From positions 988 to 64,987 of the forward strand of contig JAJYXR010000001.1 in the NCBI GenBank assembly GCA_021801795.1: a DNA stretch of 64,000 bases. Reading direction: 5' to 3'. This DNA comes from Actinomycetes bacterium. GTDB lineage: Bacteria > Actinomycetota > Acidimicrobiia > Acidimicrobiales > JAJYXR01. A program made the translations under genes and the position numbers. Below, one piece after another: positions 25,697 to 35,301 of the stretch; the first letter of the stretch is position 1; every line of letters starts with the position of its first letter. The notes under the pieces are model-generated. The model was given only the letters and a program-made list of their open reading frames with translations, was not told where the DNA came from and did no database searches.

Positions 25697-27466
25697 TCAG
25701 CCGTAGATCTGCTGGAAGTTCGGTGTGGATGGCTCGATCCTACCTGCCGGACCCTGACCGAACACCCGCAGGAGATTCCCGGTGATCTTCCTCAGCAGGG
25801 GTGCCGGGCACTGGGCCTCGCCGGCAGAGCAGGTACGCATCGAGTAGATCCAGTTATTCGTACCCGAATCGAACACGCCGCCGCCGCTGGTCGGATCGTC
25901 GTAGTAGGTCATGTCGGAGTACTGGACCCCGTTGACGGCACCGAGGTCGGTCTGGACCATGGAGAGCTTCAGCGGGGAGTGGCCGAGTATCTCGACGTCA
26001 CCAGGATGGGCGAGGTTCACGTCGAAACGGTCGAAGTCCGACATGATCACGCCGGGAATGCTCGATCCGGTGGTCAGGCCGGTCCCCTTGAACACCCAGG
26101 CCGACCCGTCGGCCACGACGAATGGCTGAGGACCGACACCGCCAAGCGTGTATCCACCGTAGGTCTCGCCGACGAAGTTGTCCTCTGCCCAGTCCGCGGG
26201 CGGCGATCCCCAGGTGTTCCCGGTCACCTCGAGCGGGTTCCCCTTTCCGTAGAGGGGATCCTTCAGCGAGTTCCGGTAGTCGACCTCCTCGCGGTCGGGG
26301 CCCAGAGGTGATGCCTGGAGCCGCACGTGGCGGAGCATCGGGCTCGCGGCGAAGAAGACCACGTTCAGGCCGTCCGCATGGTTCGCGTTCTCCACTGCCT
26401 GGCGCTCGCGCAACGACCAGCACTCGTCGTGGCCGAGTGAGAGGATCGTCTTGTGGTTGGCCAGCAGCGCCGGATGCTGGACGACGGTGAGATCGGTCCA
26501 GTATGCGACGTCCAGGCCATGCTTCTCTGCCCAGTAGACGAGCGGGTACTCGTTCGCCAGGAAGTCGCCTGCACCCTCTCCGTATGCATAGGGCCGGTCG
26601 AATGACACGATGCGCGCCCGCGAGCACAACGGGTAGTGCCCTGGAGGGCAGGAACCGATCCCGGTGTAGTAGTCGTAGCCACCGTAGGGGTTCCAGGCCT
26701 GCCAGGTGAAGATGTCGTTCTTGATTATGTAGGCGGCATGGCTCGAAGGGTCCCATACGGTGAGAGGCACGTAGCTCTGCTGGTTACCACTGCCGACGAG
26801 CTTGAACAGGTAGTCGCCCTGCACGAAAGCGCTCGTCAGCGTGACGCTGAACGAAGGCGACCAGTTGTCGCAGGCCACCATGTTCACCCCGGGGGTGACC
26901 GGGCAGGGAGGCTGGACCACGCCGTCGAGCTGCTTCGAGGTCCACACCAGGCGCGCGCCGGTGCCGCCGTAGTAGCCCATCCGGTAGGCATACACCTGGT
27001 AGGTGGGTGCCTGGCTGGAGACGTAGAAGGTGACGGTCTGGCCGTCGGCCGCGTAGGAGCGGTTCGCGAACCCCTCGATGGTCGAGCCAGCCGGGGCATT
27101 CGTGATGCGCCACGCAGTGGTGCCCGGCAGGTGGTTCTGCTGTATCACCCAGCGGGCCTCTACCCCGTCAGGGCCTAGGAAGGTCGCCCGTCCGCTGCTG
27201 CCAGCCCCGGCCTTACCCTGCTGGCGCTTCCGAGCGCCGAGAGCCTGGGTGCCGGAGGCATGTGGCGCCCCCTGGCCGTGGATGGCCGAGACCCTCTGGG
27301 TCGCCTGGGTGGTCGGCGAGGAGCTCCCGAGCTCCACTACCAGTGCCACCACGAGTACCGCAGCGGCAGCGACTACCAGGATGGTCGCTGCCGCCCGCCG
27401 CCGTCGCTGCTTCGACGTAGGGCGCCTCAGGTGGCGCGGGGGCGATACCGGGTTCTCCGATGTCAC
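25697..27466 (-). CDS. Membrane-anchored extracytoplasmic protein, N,N-dimethylformamidase beta-subunit-like family (function unknown)
   Basis: An N-terminal Arg-rich segment plus TM (AAATILVVAAAAVLVVALVV). Motifs recalled for this actinobacterial family: VTFYVSS..YQVYAYRMGYYGGTGARLV, SYVPLTVWD, FTWQAWNPYGGYDYY, IVSFDRPY, and SLGHDECWS. Confidence 0.5.
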   Translation of the reverse strand: MTSENPVSPPRHLRRPTSKQRRRRAAATILVVAAAAVLVVALVVELGSSSPTTQATQRVSAIHGQGAPHASGTQALGARKRQQGKAGAGSSGRATFLGPDGVEARWVIQQNHLPGTTAWRITNAPAGSTIEGFANRSYAADGQTVTFYVSSQAPTYQVYAYRMGYYGGTGARLVWTSKQLDGVVQPPCPVTPGVNMVACDNWSPSFSVTLTSAFVQGDYLFKLVGSGNQQSYVPLTVWDPSSHAAYIIKNDIFTWQAWNPYGGYDYYTGIGSCPPGHYPLCSRARIVSFDRPYAYGEGAGDFLANEYPLVYWAEKHGLDVAYWTDLTVVQHPALLANHKTILSLGHDECWSLRERQAVENANHADGLNVVFFAASPMLRHVRLQASPLGPDREEVDYRNSLKDPLYGKGNPLEVTGNTWGSPPADWAEDNFVGETYGGYTLGGVGPQPFVVADGSAWVFKGTGLTTGSSIPGVIMSDFDRFDVNLAHPGDVEILGHSPLKLSMVQTDLGAVNGVQYSDMTYYDDPTSGGGVFDSGTNNWIYSMRTCSAGEAQCPAPLLRKITGNLLRVFGQGPAGRIEPSTPNFQQIYG

Positions 27467-27513
27467 TCCCGCGATGGTATCCAGGGCGGCAGCTCAGCGC
27501 CTGGCACCCGGGC

Positions 27514-28086
27514 TCAGACAGCCAGTTCGGCCGTCTCGGGCGTCCGGCGCGAGTGCCAGATCCCGAGGAGGACGAGCATCAGCATCACCGCTCCGAGGGC
27601 GAAGGCCGCGATGCCCGCGTAGAGGGCTATGGAGCCGAACATCCCGAACGCGTAGGCTTCGAGCAGCAGGCCTCGAAGGGTGGTCCCCTGGAACGAGGTC
27701 TGCTCCAGAGCCTTCAGCTTCGCATCCGAGGGATTGGCCATCGCAGCAGCGCTTATCTTCGCGTAGACGCCGTGGTAGGGCATCTCCGAGAGGTGAACCG
27801 CGATGAAGTGGTCCGCGTAGGCCTCGGCCTGGGCTCCTGTGAGCACCTGCTGGCCCGCGTACTTGAGCAGGTACGGCCTCATCGACGGAGTTATCTCAGT
27901 GCCGGGCTCAGCGTGTGCGAACGCAGATGCCGGTGGGAAGAATATGTCCTGCTCGGCCAGCTGGTTATGGACGCTCGAGCTGGCAAAGCTGGCACCCCAC
28001 ATGAGCAGGCTCCCAGCCACGACCAGGACCACGACCACCAGAGCCCCACCTGCGCTGGCAAGGACGTCGAACACCTTGCGCTTCAT
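27514..28086 (-). CDS. Hypothetical membrane protein (1 N-terminal + 2 C-terminal TM helices)
   Basis: Hydrophobic segments GGALVVVVLVVAGSLLMW, AYAFGMFGSIALYAGIAAF and ALGAVMLMLVLLGIW. It ends 47 bp upstream of the next gene on the same strand. Confidence 0.55.
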   Translation of the reverse strand: MKRKVFDVLASAGGALVVVVLVVAGSLLMWGASFASSSVHNQLAEQDIFFPPASAFAHAEPGTEITPSMRPYLLKYAGQQVLTGAQAEAYADHFIAVHLSEMPYHGVYAKISAAAMANPSDAKLKALEQTSFQGTTLRGLLLEAYAFGMFGSIALYAGIAAFALGAVMLMLVLLGIWHSRRTPETAELAV

Positions 28087-28255
28087 ACCAGCCTCCTTCC
28101 ACGCCCTTGGCGGGCGACAGCCCGGCTGCGGTGGTCACCCGAGGACCTTCGATAGCGCCTCGGGAAGGCCAGCCGGTGCACGGGAACCAATGCATACCTC
28201 CCTTCTACGCTCCTGGCGTCGCCTCGGCTAGGGCCCTTCGTCACATTGTTACGTA

Positions 28256-30139
28256 ATGATGAACCCTGCCTGCTCGGCAGGTATGTGGCATGCTCTGTCG
28301 ATGCCGACTCCATCCCTGCTCGGAACCATCGTGAACCTCGACCGGCCCGGCACCTACCTCCACTGGAACATCTTCATAGTCTCGGAGTCGAACCTGGTCC
28401 TCATCGGCGTGATGGTGGTCATATTCGGCCTCGCCCTCCTGCTGCCCTTCCCCAGAGGCGAGGGGGCCCCTGACACCGACGAGCACCACGAGGACGCCGA
28501 GGGAGTCCCTGGCGCTGGCGAGCACCACACCGAGCACGCCGAGAGCCTCGACGACCCCGACGGTGCAGACGCGACCATGTGGACGGCACGGGTGCGCAGG
28601 CGCGCGCTCCGCCTGCTGCCGCCAGGGAAGCTCCTGCCCGACAGCCAGCCCGCCTACGTCGCCTCCTGGGTGTACGTCTTCGGGGTGGCCACCCTGGCGG
28701 CGCTCGGCATGGCGATCGTATCGGGACTGGCCATAGCTCTCGGCGGCGTCGACTGGTGGCACACGAACCCCGTAGGCCACTTCTTCAACAGCATGCACCT
28801 CTGGAGCGTGGAGCTCTTCATGGCCTTCATGGTGATCCACCTGTGGGGGAAGTTCTGGATGGCTGCATGGCGAGGCAGGCGACGTCTCACCTGGGTCACC
28901 GGCGTGGTGGCCTTCCTGGCATCCATCGTCGAGTGCTTCACCGGGTACCTCTCCCAGCAGAACTTCGACTCCCAGTGGATAGCCACCAACGGCAAGGACG
29001 CGATCAACGCCACCGGCCTCGGAGCCTTCTTCAACCTGATGGACTTCGGCCAGATGCTGCTCTGGCACGTGGTCCTCATCCCCTTGGTGCTCGTCGGCAT
29101 CGTGGGGGGCCACATCCTGCTGGTGAGAGTCCGTGGCGTGAGCCACCCGCTGCCCGAGGAGCGGCCACGACTGGGCAGGCGTCACAGGCCAGAGCGTGAG
29201 GTGCTGGCCGCTGCCGACGCCGCGCCCTGGCGAGGCCCGAACAGGCGCTACGACATACTGAAAGAGGCCACCGTCGCGTCCTTGGTGGTGCTGGTGCTCG
29301 TGGTGCTGATGGCAGGCATGCTCTCCTCCCCCGACATCCCTCCGGTCACCATCGCGAGCTGGGCCAAGGTGGCACCGGCCGACTTCCTCGACACCGCTGC
29401 CAGCGAGCTGGCCGGCACCAGCGAGACGGCCACCTACGGCCCGCCCTATGACCATGCCAGCGCCTACGTGCAGCGCATCGGGGTGTCCTGGCAGGAGATC
29501 GCAGGCGTGAGGGAGCCGATCAACGCGTCGGAGACCTTCGTCCTCGACCCACTCGCGAAGCTCTCGGCCACCGACCCGAGCCTGTCTCGCGCGCTGGCGA
29601 CATACCGTAGAGCCTCGCCGGCCCTGCAGCGCTCCTGGGCTGGCGCATACTTGAAGGCGCTTCCAGCCGTGAAGTTCTCGAACGGCAGCCCCGTGCTGCC
29701 TCGCGCCAGCTACGGGCCAGTCGCGCTGATGCTCTCCTCCGAGCTCACCCTGGCGCGTAGCGGTGCCCTGGACGCCGACCTCATCGCCCAGCACCCCTTC
29801 TACGGCACCAACTTCACGAAACCACTGCTCTTCATAGAAGACGGCCAGTACTTCGCCAACCTGGCCAGCGAACAGCACATGGGTGGCACCCAGTGGGGGG
29901 TGATGAACGAGACCGGCAGCTACCCCGGACAGCCATGGCTGTGGCTCTACACCCTGTGGTACCAGGTGCCTGGATTCCGCTCCTCACCTAACGTGGACCT
30001 GATAGCCATATACCTGACCGGCGCCGCCACGCTCCTGCTCCTCGGAGTCCCCTTCATCCCGGGCATCCGGGACATACCGAGAGTGGTCCCGGTCCACAGG
30101 CTCGTCTGGAAGCGCTGGTACAGCTCCCAGCGCTCCTGA
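28256..30139 (+). CDS. Cytochrome b N-terminal-domain protein with His/Asp/Glu-rich loop and ~300-aa C-terminal extracytoplasmic-type extension
   Basis: Helix-B-like HLWSVELFMAFMVIH (His i, i+14) and helix-D-like HVVLIPLVLVGIVGGH (His i, i+15), plus WWHTNPVGHFFNSMH and TGYLSQQ. The start is uncertain (ATG 28256, 28283 or 28301). Confidence 0.7.
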   Translation: MMNPACSAGMWHALSMPTPSLLGTIVNLDRPGTYLHWNIFIVSESNLVLIGVMVVIFGLALLLPFPRGEGAPDTDEHHEDAEGVPGAGEHHTEHAESLDDPDGADATMWTARVRRRALRLLPPGKLLPDSQPAYVASWVYVFGVATLAALGMAIVSGLAIALGGVDWWHTNPVGHFFNSMHLWSVELFMAFMVIHLWGKFWMAAWRGRRRLTWVTGVVAFLASIVECFTGYLSQQNFDSQWIATNGKDAINATGLGAFFNLMDFGQMLLWHVVLIPLVLVGIVGGHILLVRVRGVSHPLPEERPRLGRRHRPEREVLAAADAAPWRGPNRRYDILKEATVASLVVLVLVVLMAGMLSSPDIPPVTIASWAKVAPADFLDTAASELAGTSETATYGPPYDHASAYVQRIGVSWQEIAGVREPINASETFVLDPLAKLSATDPSLSRALATYRRASPALQRSWAGAYLKALPAVKFSNGSPVLPRASYGPVALMLSSELTLARSGALDADLIAQHPFYGTNFTKPLLFIEDGQYFANLASEQHMGGTQWGVMNETGSYPGQPWLWLYTLWYQVPGFRSSPNVDLIAIYLTGAATLLLLGVPFIPGIRDIPRVVPVHRLVWKRWYSSQRS

Positions 30140-30211
30140 CTGTGCCGGCGGGCCTGGGTCGTCCCTGGCGGGTGATGCAGGCTCTCCGACTCTGCAGGTG
30201 ATGCAGGCGGC

Positions 30212-31099
30212 CTAGGAGCCTCCGGGACCTCGCTGCCAGGCGTCGACCTCCGGACGTGCCAGCGCGAACACCCCCAGCGTCATCACTGCCAGACCGGCTA
30301 CCTCGATGACCGAGGATGGCCAGCGGGTGACCATGTGCTCCTTGAACATGAGCTGGCCGATCACGATGGCCACCAATGGCTCGCTCACCGTCGCGATCGG
30401 CAGGGACATCCGCAGCTCCCCTGCCTGGAACGCGCTCTGCACGGTGAGCACGCCCAGGGCACCGCTCGCCACCATCGCGTAGGGGGACCACGAGGCCAGC
30501 GCGTGAAGGAGCCCGCGGTCGAGCGCGTGCCCGGCCACTGCAGTCACTGCCGAGGCGTACCCCCAGGTGATCCCCCCTGCCCCGGCCAGCAGGAGGGCTC
30601 TGTGGGGACGTGCCCAGGTGGAGGCCAGGATCACCAGGCAGCCGACCGCTGCGGCGCTTACGCACGAAAGCGCCACCCACGCGATTCCGGGCGCATCGGG
30701 AAGCCCCGTCCCAGGCCGTGCAGCTCCCATGAAGAGGGCCAGCCCGGCCACCACTACTCCCGCAGACAGGTACTCGGCCCGGCTGACGCGACGGCGGGTG
30801 AGAAGCGCTCCGGCAGGAACGGCGAATATCAGGCTGCAGACCAGCAAGGGGTTGACCAGCGCCAGCGATCCACTCCGGAGAGCCAGGAACTGGCAGACGA
30901 AGCCCACTCCGTCTAGCAGGTTCGAGGCCACCCACGCGGGCTCGCGCAGCAGACCCACGATCAGGCCTGCGCGCATGGACAGCTCCGGGTCCTGGGACCT
31001 GGCTGCCCGGTGCTGGAGCACGCTGGCCACCCCGAAGCAGCCTCCAGCCGCGAGGGAAAGGGCGACGATGGTGACCGGCACTCCACTACGCTCGCACAT
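30212..31099 (-). CDS. Polytopic membrane protein, DMT/EamA-like (about 9-10 TM)
   Basis: Repeated hydrophobic helices throughout and no soluble domain. The family call is by general appearance only. I use the start at ATG 31099. Confidence 0.5.
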   Translation of the reverse strand: MCERSGVPVTIVALSLAAGGCFGVASVLQHRAARSQDPELSMRAGLIVGLLREPAWVASNLLDGVGFVCQFLALRSGSLALVNPLLVCSLIFAVPAGALLTRRRVSRAEYLSAGVVVAGLALFMGAARPGTGLPDAPGIAWVALSCVSAAAVGCLVILASTWARPHRALLLAGAGGITWGYASAVTAVAGHALDRGLLHALASWSPYAMVASGALGVLTVQSAFQAGELRMSLPIATVSEPLVAIVIGQLMFKEHMVTRWPSSVIEVAGLAVMTLGVFALARPEVDAWQRGPGGS

Positions 31100-31198
31100 G
31101 GACGGTCCAGGTGCCGTATCGATGCACTCGCGCTGGTGATCCACAGAAGGTGATCGAATGGTTCAGGCCGTCGGCCAGGCAGACGAAGATCGGATCAG

Positions 31199-32218
31199 GT
31201 GACTCCTGAGGCGTTCGCGGCAGCCGGTGGTGCCGTGGGGATCGCTGCGCTACTGGGTGTGAGCGACGCGCCGAACTCGTCGGCCGCACTCGTGTCGGCG
31301 CGCAGCGGCTCCTACCCTGCCGTAGCCGCGTGGTCCGTCGGGTGGCACCTGGTAGGCGGTCTGCTGGCCGGCGTGGCGGTCGCCCGCACCATCGTGGGGA
31401 TGGTGCACGTCGTGCCAGGTCTGCTCGCACCGACGCTCGCTGCCGCCTCGATCACGTCGGTGGCCTTCACATGGCTCACCACCAGACGTGGACTGCCCAC
31501 CAGTGCAAGCGTCGGCCTGGTCGGTGGGCTGGCCGGAGCAGGATTCGTGGCCGGTGGATGGGAGGCGGTCGACTGGGGAGGCCTCGACGGGCTGAGGCTC
31601 GTGGGCGTCCTCGGGGTTCTCGGCGGAATAGTGCTGGCCCCGGTGCTCGGTGGCCTCGTAGCATGGGCATTCGACCGGATCGCCCGGAAGATCTCGCTGC
31701 ACATGACGAGGGCCAGCCGTAGGCCGCTGAACGCGGGGCTCTGGATCTCCTCGGCTGCCGTCGGGATCGCCGATGGCACGAACGACGGCCAGAAGGCCAT
31801 GGGGATCCTCGCGGTTTCCCTCTCCGGAGGCGGCGTCCTCGCCAGCCACGGTGCCGGCATCTCCTGGACGGAGAAGCTCCTCTCGGCGCTGGTGCTGGCC
31901 CTCTTCACCGTGCTCGGCGGCAGGCGCATCGTGCGGACCGTGTCGAGAGGGCTGGCCCGCGGTGGCGCCGTCGACGACCTGGCGGCCCAGAGCGCTTCGG
32001 CGGGGCTCATATTCCTGGCTGCGTTCGCGGGGATACCGCTGTCGACCTCGACGGTGGTCACCTCGGCAATGGTCGGCACCGGAGTCGCCACGCGACGCCG
32101 GCACGTGAAATGGGCCGGCGTGATCCGGATACTGGTGGTCTGGGCAATAACCGTGCCTAGCTGCGCGCTCGTGGCAGGACTCATCATGCTCGCCTGGCGC
32201 GCTAGCGTTGGCCGGTGA
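31199..32218 (+). CDS. pit: Inorganic phosphate transporter, PiT family
   Basis: GVSDAPNSSAALV and GIADGTNDGQKAMGI are the duplicated PiT signature motifs. GTG start. Confidence 0.9.
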   Translation: MTPEAFAAAGGAVGIAALLGVSDAPNSSAALVSARSGSYPAVAAWSVGWHLVGGLLAGVAVARTIVGMVHVVPGLLAPTLAAASITSVAFTWLTTRRGLPTSASVGLVGGLAGAGFVAGGWEAVDWGGLDGLRLVGVLGVLGGIVLAPVLGGLVAWAFDRIARKISLHMTRASRRPLNAGLWISSAAVGIADGTNDGQKAMGILAVSLSGGGVLASHGAGISWTEKLLSALVLALFTVLGGRRIVRTVSRGLARGGAVDDLAAQSASAGLIFLAAFAGIPLSTSTVVTSAMVGTGVATRRRHVKWAGVIRILVVWAITVPSCALVAGLIMLAWRASVGR

Positions 32219-32874
32219 GCAGATCGCCTGGCCGCCGGGTCCGCCCTGGGGCGGGACATGGGATCTTCGGGAAGTTCTTCCTCTCGGTGGCACCGGATGT
32301 AGTCCACCTGCTCGCCACCCAGGGCGAGCGGAGCCTGGAGGCCATGCATGCGTTCGTCGCCTGGTCATCCACCGGCAGCCCGGAGGCCCTCGACTCGATA
32401 CGGTCGCTCGACCAGGCGGCCTACGACGCCAGGCGCTCGCTGCTGGCAGCGCTTCGGAGCGCTCTGGCCACCCCCGTCGACCAGGAGGATCTCTACGTCC
32501 TCTCCGAACGATGCGACCGCGTGGTGAAGGCCTGTAAGAACCTGGCCGCGGAGGCAGATTCCCTCGCCTGGCAACCCGACTCCTACGCAGCCACCATGGC
32601 CGGCTGCCTCGCCGAGGCCATGGGCCACCTGCTGGAGGGCTTCAGGAACCTGGCCAAGGATCCGGACCTCGCGGGCAGCTGCGCAGACCGGGCCGGCTCG
32701 AAGGCCCACGAGGTGGTCCGGGTCTACCGGGAGGCGATGCGCGCCATCCTCGGCACCGGAGACCTCGACCGGGCCTTCACGGGCCGCGAGATATACCGTT
32801 CCTACGCTCGCGCTGCCGAGCTGGTGACAGCGGTAGGCGACCGCCTGTGGTATGCGGTAATCGCCGAGGCCTGA
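32215..32874 (+). CDS. DUF47 / PhoU-like Pit accessory protein
   Basis: An all-helical protein with a GTGA overlap to pit. VDQEDLYVLSERCDRVV is typical of the DUF47 family that pairs with PiT transporters. Confidence 0.7.
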   Translation: MSRSPGRRVRPGAGHGIFGKFFLSVAPDVVHLLATQGERSLEAMHAFVAWSSTGSPEALDSIRSLDQAAYDARRSLLAALRSALATPVDQEDLYVLSERCDRVVKACKNLAAEADSLAWQPDSYAATMAGCLAEAMGHLLEGFRNLAKDPDLAGSCADRAGSKAHEVVRVYREAMRAILGTGDLDRAFTGREIYRSYARAAELVTAVGDRLWYAVIAEA

Positions 32875-32924
32875 CCGGCTGGCGCTCCGCGTCCAGCGTT
32901 CCCCGGCTGCTCTCGAAAGGAGCG

Positions 32925-33407
32925 CTATCGCGGTCGGACCACGACTACCGGCCCATGGGCATGGGTTGCGCAGTAGTCGCTCACGGAGCCGAGCAGCTTG
33001 CCGGTGAACCCACCGTGGCCGCGGCTTCCCACTACGAGCATCGCCTCTCCCTCGGAGGCCGCCACGAGTGCCGGGGCCGGGTGCCCTTCGACCACCAGGC
33101 GCTCCACCTCCACTCCGGCATCGCTGCCTGCCACCTCCCCGATGACCCTGTACAGCTCGCTGCGGGCCTCGCCCTCGGGATCGAATCCATCGGGATACGG
33201 AGGTGCCCATCCGAAACCTGCCGGGTAGCCCCAGGTGATCACCGCCAGCACGGGGGTTCCCGTCAGGCGGGCCTGCGCCAGGGCCCAGCGGAGGGCCTCC
33301 TTGGACCCATCCGAGCCGTCAACCCCTACCACTATCCGTCCACCCGACCGATCTCTCGGAGCCGCCGGCGGCTCAGAGCCACCCTCGCGATCTGCATCGC
33401 CACGCAT
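32925..33407 (-). CDS. Universal stress protein (UspA family)
   Basis: RIVVGVDGSDGSKEALRWA...MLVVGSRGHGGFTGKLLGSVSDYCATHAHGPVVVV. I use the start at ATG 33407. Confidence 0.85.
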   Translation of the reverse strand: MRGDADREGGSEPPAAPRDRSGGRIVVGVDGSDGSKEALRWALAQARLTGTPVLAVITWGYPAGFGWAPPYPDGFDPEGEARSELYRVIGEVAGSDAGVEVERLVVEGHPAPALVAASEGEAMLVVGSRGHGGFTGKLLGSVSDYCATHAHGPVVVVRPR

Positions 33408-33642
33408 GATGTCCACGCGTCGAGTATGCCAGCCACATGCCGGGGAGTCCAAGAAGACTCTGAACCGGGCCCGGAAGGGGACTGTCTTCCATGCTCACGC
33501 GTCTGGCCCTATACTCCCATGAGCCTGCCCGGTCGCAGAACGCACCCCGGACCGGCCAGACGAACCGCAGTAGAGACTGGTTTCTCCTCGGCCCGAGCGC
33601 CAGGGGGAGGCCTGAGTAGCCAGCAGGGGGGGGTTATACACC

Positions 33643-35301
33643 GTGGCAAAAGACGCCACAGATGGGGGAGGCAGCGTGGGCAGAGGTAAGGAGGGACCTG
33701 CGCCCAAGCTCGTATTCGAGCAGCCATCGGCTGGCAGGATCGCGCGCCACTACATCCCCGTGGTTGCGATAGCCGCGATCTTCGTCGTGGTCATCGCGAC
33801 CATGCCCTCGACTGTCCCCACGGGATCGGGCCTGCCGGGTTCTTCGAGCACCCCGACCCCATCTCCATCGGGGATCACGCCGGCCGCCCCGCCGGACTCT
33901 CCGGGCATCGCGGTGAGCGGTGTTCACTGTAAGCCCGGTGCACGTCAGGTCACCTGGTCGGACTACGCGCCACTCTGCGAGCCGGCCTGGCACGGTGACA
34001 ACGGGGGGAGCACCTCGCCGGGGGTCACCAGCAACACCATCACGGTCACCTACCGCTATGCAGTGAGCGAAGCCGAGAAGGTTCTCTACTCCCTGGTAGC
34101 CCCGTCCGTGGTCGGCACGAACAGCGGCACCATAGCCACCATGGAGGGCTACATAAAGCTCTTCAACCGAACCTTCGAGCTCTACGGACGCCATGTGGTC
34201 TTGAAGCCGTTCACCGGAAAGGGCGACTTCCTCCAGGAGGACGAGGGTAACGACGCCTCAGCGGCACAGGCCGACGCTGCCCACGCCAAGGCCCTCGGGG
34301 CCTTCGCGGATGTCTCCCTCCTGGCCTCCACCCCCCTCTACGACCAGGATCTGGCCAAGGAAGGTGTGGTGGCGATAGGCGCGTCCCTGATGACCCAGCA
34401 GTGGTTCGAGCAGTACGCACCCTATGAGTTCTCGCCCTCGGCCTCCTGCAACGAGCTCGCCCAGGGGGGAGCCGAGTTCGTGGGACGCTCGATGGCCGGC
34501 ATGCCGGCCATCTACGCCGGGAACCCGGCCATGCACACCGAGATCAGGCGCTTCGGGCTCATCTACCCGAGCGTCACCGAGTACACCGCGTGTGCGGACA
34601 CCTTCGTCCACACGATGGAGGACACCTACCATGTGACCCCCGCCAAGGTGGTGGCCTACTCGATCAACCTAGGGGAGCTCGGTCAGGAAGCCACCAGCAT
34701 CATCGCCCAGATGAAGGCCGCGAACGTCACCACTGTGATCTGCGCCTGTGACCCCGTGTCGCCGATCCTGCTGACCGAGAGCGCAGTGGCCCAGAACTAC
34801 TACCCGGAATGGTTCTCCTTCAACATCGGTAACAGCTTCGCCAGGCTCCCCGACCAGAAGGAATGGGCGCATGCCTTCGGTGCCGGCACCCAGACCCTGC
34901 CACTGTCCGAGCAGGAGGCATACCAGGCCTGGGAGCTGGCCGACCCCGGCACCCAGCCCCCGTCTCCCACCTTCGCGACCGTCTACGTGAACCTCCTGCT
35001 CCTGTTCGACGCCCTCCAGGCGGCCGGGCCTGACCTCACACCGCAGACCTTGGAAAGAGGGTTCTTCCACCTACCCGAGTCCCTGCCGGGCGGTGAGTTC
35101 GGAACCTGGGTGTTCGGGAAGAACGTGTTCGCGCCGACGGCGAGCACTGGGATCGTCTGGTGGGACCCGCAGGCCATCAGCGTCTCCTCGGGCAAGAAGG
35201 GAGCCTGGCTCGCATGCAACGGCGGCAAGCAGTACGGCATCCTGCCAGGGTTCCAGTTACCGCCTGCACACCAGCAGCTCCAGTGCTTCGGCTCGGGATG
35301 A
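33643..35301 (+). CDS. Membrane-anchored ABC transporter substrate-binding protein (type I PBP, Liv-like)
   Basis: N-terminal TM (HYIPVVAIAAIFVVVIATM) and a Pro/Ser linker. Its size and its ATGA coupling to the Liv-type permease/ATPase gene fit this role. The family assignment rests mainly on context. Confidence 0.6.
   Translation: MAKDATDGGGSVGRGKEGPAPKLVFEQPSAGRIARHYIPVVAIAAIFVVVIATMPSTVPTGSGLPGSSSTPTPSPSGITPAAPPDSPGIAVSGVHCKPGARQVTWSDYAPLCEPAWHGDNGGSTSPGVTSNTITVTYRYAVSEAEKVLYSLVAPSVVGTNSGTIATMEGYIKLFNRTFELYGRHVVLKPFTGKGDFLQEDEGNDASAAQADAAHAKALGAFADVSLLASTPLYDQDLAKEGVVAIGASLMTQQWFEQYAPYEFSPSASCNELAQGGAEFVGRSMAGMPAIYAGNPAMHTEIRRFGLIYPSVTEYTACADTFVHTMEDTYHVTPAKVVAYSINLGELGQEATSIIAQMKAANVTTVICACDPVSPILLTESAVAQNYYPEWFSFNIGNSFARLPDQKEWAHAFGAGTQTLPLSEQEAYQAWELADPGTQPPSPTFATVYVNLLLLFDALQAAGPDLTPQTLERGFFHLPESLPGGEFGTWVFGKNVFAPTASTGIVWWDPQAISVSSGKKGAWLACNGGKQYGILPGFQLPPAHQQLQCFGSG

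Noticed and set aside
28249-28256. TTACGTAA palindrome at the annotated start of the cytochrome b-like gene
   Set aside because: It is only 8 bp and does not extend. It is more likely part of an AT-rich -10 region (TAATGAT) if the true start is one of the downstream ATGs.
33626-33633. G8 homopolymer 9 nt upstream of the substrate-binding-protein GTG start as a phase-variation tract
   Set aside because: It most simply serves as a G-rich Shine-Dalgarno. It is non-coding, so length changes would not shift a frame, and there is no supporting evidence.
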